Assembly (NCBI GenBank): GCA_016930635.1 | Contig: JAFGGI010000042.1 | Location: 2,901 to 66,900 of the forward strand | Length of the DNA stretch: 64,000 nucleotides | Source of the DNA: Sedimentisphaerales bacterium | GTDB lineage: Bacteria > Planctomycetota > Phycisphaerae > Sedimentisphaerales > UBA12454 | Reading direction: 5' to 3' | Part shown: positions 57,085-64,000 of the stretch, in pieces | Position numbering within the stretch: the first letter of the stretch is position 1 | How the letters are laid out: the number at the start of each line of letters is the position of its first letter | Translations under genes and position numbers: made by a program | Notes under the pieces: model-generated | Told to the model about the DNA's origin: nothing | Seen by the model: only the letters and a program-made list of their open reading frames with translations | The model's database searches: none

Positions 57085-57522
57085 CTAATCAACATCAAGG
57101 TCTTCGTTTTCCGCTTCAGCAGTATAGTCGATATCAGGGGCTTTTTTTGAATCCTGTAGTTCCTGTGCTTTTTTATCGAGCATCGTAGCGGGGGTATCCT
57201 TCTTCATATCTTCTTCGGTTACATGGTCTGCTCTAAGTATAAGCACTCTCATTATCCTTTCTGACAGCTGTATATCTCTTTCAATAGAAGTTATCCTGCC
57301 TGAAGGGCTGTTGAAATAAACGAGAAAATATGTGCCTCTGCTTTTTCCCATAATTTCATAAGCCAAAGGTCTTTCATCCCATTTACGGATACTGACCACT
57401 TCAGCGCTGTTACGTTCAAATATTTTCTCTATATGTGCACTAACACCTTCGGCATCAGTGGCAGCTTCTGCCGAATCAACGAGGAACAAAGCCTCATACA
57501 ACCTTTTTGCTACGGTTTCCAA
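57085..57522 (-). CDS. rpsF: 30S ribosomal protein S6
   Basis: 145 aa with YEALFLV...WDERPLAYEI...G.YFLVYF and an acidic tail. It heads the conserved rpsF-ssb-rpsR-rplI order. Confidence 0.9.
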   Translation of the reverse strand: METVAKRLYEALFLVDSAEAATDAEGVSAHIEKIFERNSAEVVSIRKWDERPLAYEIMGKSRGTYFLVYFNSPSGRITSIERDIQLSERIMRVLILRADHVTEEDMKKDTPATMLDKKAQELQDSKKAPDIDYTAEAENEDLDVD

Positions 57523-57574
57523 ATCAATTTCTCCTTAACAAAATTTTTAAAACAATCTATTTTTTTAATTTTTA

Positions 57575-58180
57575 TTATTTGTCATCACTGTCATTATCAT
57601 TCGCTTTTATTCTGCGATTGACTTTATTCATCACAGTCTCAATACTTTCGGTTATCCACATCATCGCTGCTTCAGCTGCCTGAGCTATTGCATCGTCTAT
57701 CAGCAGTCGTTCGCTGTCCAGCGGCTTTGAAAGCACATAATCAACACCGGCTGTTTGGCCTCTGGGGCCTATGCCTATTCTCAACCGATTGAATTTGTCT
57801 GTGCCGAGCTTTTCGACGATATCCAACAGGCCGTTGTGTCCACCGGCCGAGCCGGCAGCTCTTAATCGAATCATTCCCGGCTCAAGAGCCAAATCATCGG
57901 TTATTACAAGCAGATCACTGACAGGCAGCTTATAAAAATTTACGACAGCCGTGATAACCTGTCCGCTGTTATTCATAAACATCAGCGGTTTAATCAATAT
58001 TAACTTTTTATTTTCAAATTCTGTCTGACCAAAAGCTGCTGAGAACTTTTCTCTGTTCATATCAACATTCAGCTTTTGCGCCAGCAGGTCAACAGCATCA
58101 AATCCAACGTTGTGCCGAGTTCCTTTATACTCGGTGCCCGGATTACCCAGACCTGCTATTAATTTTATTTCATCCATCAA
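57575..58180 (-). CDS. pth: peptidyl-tRNA hydrolase
   Basis: 201 aa with LIAGLGNPGTEYKGTRHNVGF and GGHNGL motifs. Confidence 0.92.
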   Translation of the reverse strand: MMDEIKLIAGLGNPGTEYKGTRHNVGFDAVDLLAQKLNVDMNREKFSAAFGQTEFENKKLILIKPLMFMNNSGQVITAVVNFYKLPVSDLLVITDDLALEPGMIRLRAAGSAGGHNGLLDIVEKLGTDKFNRLRIGIGPRGQTAGVDYVLSKPLDSERLLIDDAIAQAAEAAMMWITESIETVMNKVNRRIKANDNDSDDK

Positions 58181-58222
58181 TTATATTCCGGCCGAAATAT
58201 ATATGCCGGTCGTTTAATTGTA

Positions 58223-58885
58223 TTATTTTTCCGATTCTTCTTCGCCCTCTTTCGGCTTACGCTCAGTAATAACCTCAGGAGAAGTTGGTTCTTCACCTTC
58301 TTCGGCTGCTTCCTCGGCAGGTGCCGCGGCAGTAACTGCAGGCAGACGACAACTGATCAAGAGAGCGTCCGGGTCAGTTATCAGCTTTATACCGTCCGGC
58401 AGTTTAATATCACGGGCGTGAATCGAATCGCCGATGCCGAGATGCTTAACCGAGACATCGATAGCCTCAGGTATCTCTGTAACTGTACATTCGATCTCCA
58501 GATGGTCGAGGTGTTCTTCCAAAAGGCCGCCTTCATGTGAACCTGCCGGTGTACCTTTGAAGATAAGGGGCGCTTCAACTTCGACCCGTTCGGTAAGATC
58601 GACTCTGATAAGATCGGTGTGAATTATCTTTTTTCCGAGATGGTCATACTGAATATCCTTGACCAGCAATTTTTCTGTTTTTCCTTCAAACTGAACATCG
58701 AAAAGCCTGTGTCCATGATGGAGCCCTTCGACAAAATCATGCTCATCAAGAGAGAGCATTTCAGGTTCCTGTCCGTGTCCGTAAACAACTGCAGGTATCT
58801 TTCCTGACTGTCTTACTTTTGCTGAATGTTTTGAGCCAAGCTTTTTTCTTAATTCTGCCTTTAATACTAACTCTTTTGCTACCAT
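58223..58885 (-). CDS. rplY: 50S ribosomal protein L25 / general stress protein Ctc
   Basis: 220 aa with an LRKKLGSKHSAKVRQSGKIPAVVYGHG N terminus, a Ctc-type second domain and an acidic tail. Confidence 0.88.
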   Translation of the reverse strand: MVAKELVLKAELRKKLGSKHSAKVRQSGKIPAVVYGHGQEPEMLSLDEHDFVEGLHHGHRLFDVQFEGKTEKLLVKDIQYDHLGKKIIHTDLIRVDLTERVEVEAPLIFKGTPAGSHEGGLLEEHLDHLEIECTVTEIPEAIDVSVKHLGIGDSIHARDIKLPDGIKLITDPDALLISCRLPAVTAAAPAEEAAEEGEEPTSPEVITERKPKEGEEESEK

Positions 58886-58930
58886 TTTTACCTCACCTAA
58901 AGTCTAAACTTTTATTTTTCAAAAAAGAAA

Positions 58931-59878
58931 TCAATGAAACATCGCGCTTATTGATTCATTTCTGTGAATACGCTTTACGGCCTCACCAAGAATATCCGAA
59001 ACCGTCAATATATTGAGATTCGAGAGTTTTTTCATGCCATCGTGCACCGGAATAGTATCTGTGACGACTATTTCATCAATCGGAGAGGCTGCAATATTAT
59101 CAACAGCATTGTCGGAAAATATCGCATGTGTTGCTCCGATGAAGATATTTTCTGCACCTTTTTCTTTAAGCATCTTAGCGGCAGTGCACATTGTTCCTGC
59201 CGTAGAAATTATATCATCACACATCAGTACATTTCTTCCTTTAACTTCGCCGATTATTTCTCCGCATTCAACTTCCCTGCCGTTGATCCTTCTTTTGTGG
59301 ATTATTGCCAGTTCGGCGCCGAGGTGCTGGACATATCTGGCGGCTCTTTTTATATTGCCGACATCAGGAGATACGATGGTTAATTTTTCGATCTTTTTGC
59401 TCTGAAAATATCTGCTGAGCACCGGCTCAGCAAATAGATGGTCGACAGGTATATCAAAAAATCCCTGCAGCTGAGCTGCGTGGAGGTCCATAGCAAGAAC
59501 TCTTTCAGCACCTGCGACGGTAATAAGATTTGCTACCAGTTTTGCTGTTATGGGCACCCTGCCCTCATCTTTCCTGTCCTGGCGGGCATATCCGAAGTAA
59601 GGTATCACCGCTGTTATCCTGCTGGCACTTGCGCGTTTTAGACAATCGAGAAATATCAGAAGCTCAACAAGATTAGTATCAACAGGACTGCAGCATGACT
59701 GCACAACGAAACAGTCTTTGCCGCGTACGTCATCTTCGCATTTTATTATTTTTTCACCGTCGGGAAAACGTTCTATCTTTGCCCCACCTACCGGGACACC
59801 GAGATATTTACATATTTTGGTTGTAAGTTCAGGATTACCTGAGCCGCTGAAAACCTTAATGTTCTCTTTTAAAAACAT
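58931..59878 (-). CDS. prs: ribose-phosphate pyrophosphokinase
   Basis: IKVFSGSGNPELT, RQDRK and the PRPP loop DDIISTAGT. The ATG at 59878 has AAGGGA upstream and lies 10 nt after the glmU stop. The track ORF extends to 59920. Confidence 0.92.
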   Translation of the reverse strand: MFLKENIKVFSGSGNPELTTKICKYLGVPVGGAKIERFPDGEKIIKCEDDVRGKDCFVVQSCCSPVDTNLVELLIFLDCLKRASASRITAVIPYFGYARQDRKDEGRVPITAKLVANLITVAGAERVLAMDLHAAQLQGFFDIPVDHLFAEPVLSRYFQSKKIEKLTIVSPDVGNIKRAARYVQHLGAELAIIHKRRINGREVECGEIIGEVKGRNVLMCDDIISTAGTMCTAAKMLKEKGAENIFIGATHAIFSDNAVDNIAASPIDEIVVTDTIPVHDGMKKLSNLNILTVSDILGEAVKRIHRNESISAMFH

Positions 59879-59888
59879 TTCATTCCCT

Positions 59889-61109
59889 TTATTTTTTACA
59901 TTCCTCAATATTTTCAGCATTTACAACTGAGCCGGGTTTTATATGGCTGCCCGCCGGGATTTGTATAGGGGCAACGAGTATTGAGCCCGGTTCGATATAG
60001 CTGTCATCACCTATCTGTGTAGTGTTTATCTGTTTGCCGTCATAATTAGCTGTTATGGCACCTGCACCTACATCTACACCTTTGCCGATTTTGGCATCTC
60101 CGATATAGCTGTGATGACGAGCTCTTACACTATCACAAAGTGTTGAGTTCTTTACTTCGGTAAAGACACCAAGAACTACATCATTTTCAATAACCGTGCC
60201 CTCCCTAAGATAAGCAAATGGGCCGATTCTGCAGTTATTTCCTATAGTTACTACTCCGTGGATATATGTAAAAGGCTCAATAATCGTATCCTGGCCGATT
60301 TTTGCACGTGCATCTATCCAGGTATTAGGCGGATCAACAATAGTAACGCCGGTTTTCATAAGTTTGTCCTGTATTCTGCCCTGCATAATCTTGCCTGCTT
60401 CGCTGAGCTGTTCTCTGCTGTTAACACCCATCGCATCGGCAGCGGCGACGGCGGTTACGGCAACAACCTTATGCCCTGCTTCAATGATCAGATGGAGGGC
60501 ATCAGTCAGGTAATATTCGTTTTTGACATTATCCGGCGTAATTTTGTCAAGCGTCTCGAACAATACCTTATTTTTAAAGCAATAATAGCTCGGATTAACT
60601 TCCTTGATTGCCTTTTGCTGCGGGTTACAGTCGCCATCCTCGATGATACCCTGGATATTTCCGTAGCTGTCTCTTAGAATCCTGCCATAACCTTTTGGGT
60701 CATCGAGTATCGCGGTAGCCAGAGTCGCAGCGGGCATTTCACTTTGATGCTTTTCTATCAGGGTTTTCAAAGTTTGAGGTCTTATCAAAGGTCCATCGCC
60801 GCAGAGGATGAGAGTATCACCATCAAAATCTGCAAGCTGGTCTTTGCAGCACATAACTGCGTGGCCTGTACCTTTTTGCTCTGTCTGTTCTATCCATACG
60901 ATATTTTCATCGCCGTTGAATTTCTCAATTACCTGTTCTTTTCCGAATCCAACGATTATATAAAGCTTTTCTATACCGGCACTTCTGCAAGCATCGACTA
61001 CGTATGCCAGCATCGGACGGCCACAGACTTCGTGCAGGACCTTCGCTATCTTGGTATTCATCCTGCTGCTGACGCCGGCGGCCAGTATTATTGCAACTTT
61101 ATCAGCCAT
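59889..61109 (-). CDS. glmU: bifunctional GlcNAc-1-P uridyltransferase / GlcN-1-P acetyltransferase
   Basis: 406 aa with an AIILAAGVSSRM nucleotidyltransferase N terminus and a C-terminal left-handed beta-helix. It is somewhat shorter than E. coli GlmU. Confidence 0.85.
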   Translation of the reverse strand: MADKVAIILAAGVSSRMNTKIAKVLHEVCGRPMLAYVVDACRSAGIEKLYIIVGFGKEQVIEKFNGDENIVWIEQTEQKGTGHAVMCCKDQLADFDGDTLILCGDGPLIRPQTLKTLIEKHQSEMPAATLATAILDDPKGYGRILRDSYGNIQGIIEDGDCNPQQKAIKEVNPSYYCFKNKVLFETLDKITPDNVKNEYYLTDALHLIIEAGHKVVAVTAVAAADAMGVNSREQLSEAGKIMQGRIQDKLMKTGVTIVDPPNTWIDARAKIGQDTIIEPFTYIHGVVTIGNNCRIGPFAYLREGTVIENDVVLGVFTEVKNSTLCDSVRARHHSYIGDAKIGKGVDVGAGAITANYDGKQINTTQIGDDSYIEPGSILVAPIQIPAGSHIKPGSVVNAENIEECKK

Positions 61110-61141
61110 ATATAATCTTTCTTTTAACCATCTTTCCTAAA

Positions 61142-61213
61142 CTACCCGGCCAGGACTCGAACCTGGAATAGAGGCACCAAAAGCCCCTGTGTTACCAATT
61201 ACACCACCGGGTA
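61142..61213 (-). tRNA. tRNA-Gln (anticodon UUG)
   Basis: The minus strand folds by hand into a cloverleaf. The acceptor stem is UACCCGG/CCGGGUA. The D arm is GUGU-AAUUGGUA-ACAC. The anticodon stem is GGGGC/GCCUC with loop UUUUGGU (UUG at positions 34-36). The T arm is CCAGG-UUCGAGU-CCUGG and the discriminator is G. No CCA is encoded. Confidence 0.9.
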
Positions 61214-61884
61214 TAAGTCCTTTAAAATCAAAGAATTAGCCATAAAATAGACACAAGTAGTCCATGGATAATTTAAATATCACAGCTAACATATTAAGTC
61301 TTCAATTCTTCTGTTTTCACGGTGTCCGACTGAGTCCGGACTGATTTGGTCCTGTCGGAGGTTAGAGCCGGATATGCCGTGATACTGCCGACCCTAGATT
61401 CCATCGTCACCCCTTGCGACAAGGACGCGAGCGATACTATACCGGAGCGTTATCGGCAAAGCAAGTATTTTTCTTCAGTAAATTAGCTGTTTTTGATACT
61501 GATATGGGCTATTTTGGCTAAAAAACGGCTTGAGGAAATAAATTTTTTCAGCAGGCGACAAATTGCCTTTGCAGAGATATAAAACAGGAAAAAGCGGTTT
61601 TAAAGTTGAATATTGACAGTTGCGGTATTGGCGGATATATATGTAGCAGGCGGTACGTTTATCGTTAATTCAGGAGTGGGTCATCTTTATTCCGCTGTTT
61701 ACCGCCTTGGGAATAATCAGTATAATCAGCGGTGTATTGTAACCCAGAAGGACGGAGTCTATAATTATTACGGAAATTATATAAGGACAAACCAGTTTTT
61801 TTACCCAAAAAAACATCTGACGAGGAAATTTTTATCCGGATTAACAGAGAAATGGATTTTGATACCTAATCTAAGAGAACAGTA

Positions 61885-63417
61885 ATGAATTCTGAAACCA
61901 ACAAAAAAGTAAAATCTATAGATGAGCTGGCTGGGATAGTGGATTCTCTTAAGAAAAAAGGGAAAAAAGTAGTTCAATGTCACGGTGTTTTCGATCTTGT
62001 GCATATCGGGCATATCAGACATTTCAACCTGGCTAAAAAAGAAGGTCAGGTTCTGGTTGTTACCAGCACAAAAGATAAGCACGTTAACAGAGGTCCCGGC
62101 AGACCTGTCTTTAATGAACACCTCCGAACAGAAGTACTGGCATCTTTGTCCGTAGTCGATTACGTGGGCCTGGTCGATTCGCCCAATGCGATAGACTGCA
62201 TTAAACAATTAAAACCCGATGTTTATGCAAAGGGGCCCGACTATAAAGATAAGGATAAGGATGTAACGGGGAAGATCTACGACGAAGAGGAAGCGGTAAA
62301 ATCAGTCGGCGGCAGGATGGTATTTACCGATGATATTACGTCCAGTTCCTCAGGTTTGATCAATACTTATCTGGATGTGTATCCTCCAAGGACAGTCAAA
62401 TATCTCGACGCTATTTCTAAGAGATATCCGATAGATTTTATAATACGCAAGCTGGAGGCACTGAATGACCTGAAGGTACTGGTAATAGGCGATACTATTA
62501 TCGATCAGTATCATTACTGCACACCTATGGGGAAATCTTCGAAAGAGCACCTGGTCGCCAATCGATATGTATCAGAGGAATCTTTTGCAGGCGGTGTGCT
62601 GGCAACAGCCAATAATGTAGCGAGCGTCTGTAACAGTGTCGATATGCTGACAGTTCTGGGGGAGAAAGATAGTTTCAAGGATTTTATCCAGAGTCATTTA
62701 AATCCGAGGATAACTCCATTTTTCTTTTATAGGCCAGGCTGCGGAACTATCGTCAAGAAAAGATTCGTAAGCAGAGGTCTTAACAGAAAACTATTCGAGA
62801 TATGTCATATCGAAGACGATGATATCGATGTCAGCGAAGAGATGAAAATAATAGAGCATCTGGATAAGATAATCGGCAATTATGACCTGGTTGTTATTTC
62901 TGATTTCGGGCACGGGCTGCTGACAAGTAAGCTAATAGATTTTATATGTGCAAGGGCCCGGTATATCGCATTAAATGTTCAGACAAACAGTGCGAATATC
63001 GGGTTCAATCTTGTTACCAAGTATCCGAGAGCCAATTCTGTCTGTACCGATGAAATGGAGCTTAGATTCGCAACCCACAATAAAACAGGCGACCTGCGGG
63101 ATGATACCAAAGCTGTTTACAAGAAACTCGGGTGTGAAAATATTATCGTAACACGCGGGGCGAACGGGTCTCTGGGTTATTCGAAACAAAAAGGATTTCA
63201 CGAAACGCCGGCATTTTCGTATAGTGTTGTCGATGCTATAGGGGCAGGTGACGCTTTCTTTGCATTTGCGGCTCCGTGTTTTGCGTCCGGTATGTCCCTT
63301 GATTTGGTCTCTTTCATCGGTAACGCAGTAGGTTCACTGGCTGTGCAGGTAATATGCAACAGGGAACCAATAAGCAAAGTAAATTTAATTAAATTCATTA
63401 CACGACTATTAAAGTAA
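61885..63417 (+). CDS. bifunctional sugar-phosphate nucleotidyltransferase (N-terminal) / PfkB-family sugar kinase (C-terminal), HldE-like with swapped domain order
   Basis: 510 aa. The N terminus carries the cytidylyltransferase-superfamily HxGH motif (GVFDLVHIGHIRHF). The C-terminal half has PfkB motifs, including DAIGAGDAFFA. Confidence 0.75.
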   Translation: MNSETNKKVKSIDELAGIVDSLKKKGKKVVQCHGVFDLVHIGHIRHFNLAKKEGQVLVVTSTKDKHVNRGPGRPVFNEHLRTEVLASLSVVDYVGLVDSPNAIDCIKQLKPDVYAKGPDYKDKDKDVTGKIYDEEEAVKSVGGRMVFTDDITSSSSGLINTYLDVYPPRTVKYLDAISKRYPIDFIIRKLEALNDLKVLVIGDTIIDQYHYCTPMGKSSKEHLVANRYVSEESFAGGVLATANNVASVCNSVDMLTVLGEKDSFKDFIQSHLNPRITPFFFYRPGCGTIVKKRFVSRGLNRKLFEICHIEDDDIDVSEEMKIIEHLDKIIGNYDLVVISDFGHGLLTSKLIDFICARARYIALNVQTNSANIGFNLVTKYPRANSVCTDEMELRFATHNKTGDLRDDTKAVYKKLGCENIIVTRGANGSLGYSKQKGFHETPAFSYSVVDAIGAGDAFFAFAAPCFASGMSLDLVSFIGNAVGSLAVQVICNREPISKVNLIKFITRLLK

Positions 63418-63425
63418 AACGAAAC

Positions 63426-63998
63426 ATTACGGAATATTTAGAGAATTTAAAGACCGCTCTTGACAATATTGCAGCGACGGACAGAGACGGCAGGAGCCAT
63501 TCGCTGAACGACGCGGTCGAATACACCGTCAAGCTGATACTTAAACAGGCACAGGCAGGAGCCAAGCTTTTATTCATCGGTAACGGGGCCAGCGCTTCCA
63601 TCGCGAGTCATATGTCGTGTGATTTCAGTAAGAATGCACGGGTCAGGGCGATCGCTTTTAACGATACGGCTCTGCTGACAAGTATCAGTAATGATATCGG
63701 TTACGAGGCTGTGTTTGAAAAACCTATCGAGAGGTTTGCGGATGCCGGGGACATTTTATTTGCCATAAGCAGCTCGGGAGCATCTGCAAATATTATAAAC
63801 GGGGTAAGGGCTGCGTATCAGAAGGACTGTTTCGTTATTACGCTTTCCGGTTTTCAGGAGAACAATCCCCTGCGTTCTCTGGGACATATGAACTATTACG
63901 TACAACAGATTTCATATGGTCCTGTCGAGATCCTGCATCATTCCATATGCCACTGTATCCTTGACAGTATTATTCATGAAAAAGCCGGGGATAAATAA
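63426..63998 (+). CDS. gmhA: SIS-domain phosphoheptose isomerase-like protein
   Basis: The frame is open from 63393. ITEYLENLKTALDNI...LLFIGNGASASIASHMSCDF...ILFAISSSGASANII aligns by eye with GmhA from its N terminus. No ATG/GTG/TTG occurs before the ATG at 63612 (track start), which would delete the conserved N-terminal third. The start given here is a candidate ATT. Confidence 0.65.
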   Translation: MTEYLENLKTALDNIAATDRDGRSHSLNDAVEYTVKLILKQAQAGAKLLFIGNGASASIASHMSCDFSKNARVRAIAFNDTALLTSISNDIGYEAVFEKPIERFADAGDILFAISSSGASANIINGVRAAYQKDCFVITLSGFQENNPLRSLGHMNYYVQQISYGPVEILHHSICHCILDSIIHEKAGDK

Positions 63999-64000
63999 CA

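Noticed and set aside
61613-61885. 90-aa plus-strand ORF immediately upstream of the HldE-like gene
   Set aside because: It has a TTG start, no recognisable motif, AT-rich promoter-like DNA and an Asn/Tyr-rich product. It is most likely 5' UTR or promoter, though a small protein cannot be excluded.

Overview
This 64-kb window looks like chromosomal DNA from a diderm bacterium. The evidence is a lipid A/BamA/Skp cluster with an LpxC-FabZ fusion, tandem PEP-CTERM proteins, and a GLUG/dockerin surface protein. I infer a PVC/FCB-type lineage, possibly Planctomycetota-like; this is not proven. Most of the window is conserved housekeeping: ktrB'-mscS-ktrA, rluD, rsmA-pdxA, ribE, nrdR, corA, ilvC and ilvBN, mtnA, uvrA, nfi, lpxD-lpxC/fabZ-lpxA, skp-bamA, rpsF-ssb-rpsR-rplI-dnaB, pth, rplY, prs, glmU, tRNA-Gln and a heptose nucleotide-sugar module. 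No rRNA, CRISPR array, transposase or integrase is visible. The most unusual part is a ~7-kb accessory segment (28220-35247) between ilvN and ilvC, which are normally contiguous. It holds a GLUG/dockerin protein, an HNH-AP2 endonuclease-like gene, a mosaic of short repeats, a three-unit cassette-like array (conserved leader, unrelated ORF, hairpin) and a single-gene insertion bracketed by a duplication of the ilvN 3' end. Intergenic DNA throughout carries a family of TTAGCCCC-stem-loop-GGGGTT hairpins whose stems vary while pairing is kept, including a tandem run at 21367-21765, plus other short direct repeats that bracket individual genes or modules. Other items worth follow-up: a two-ATP-cone protein downstream of nrdR with no RNR genes nearby, a divergent thymidylate-synthase-family gene, a fumarate-hydratase alpha subunit coupled to a URO-D-like gene with no beta subunit, an HldE-like fusion with swapped domain order, a gmhA-like gene lacking a canonical start codon, and two candidate structured RNAs. 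Many ORFs in the supplied track are antisense shadows of real genes or read-throughs of repeats and were not called. All protein calls rest on motif recognition by eye, not on database searches.
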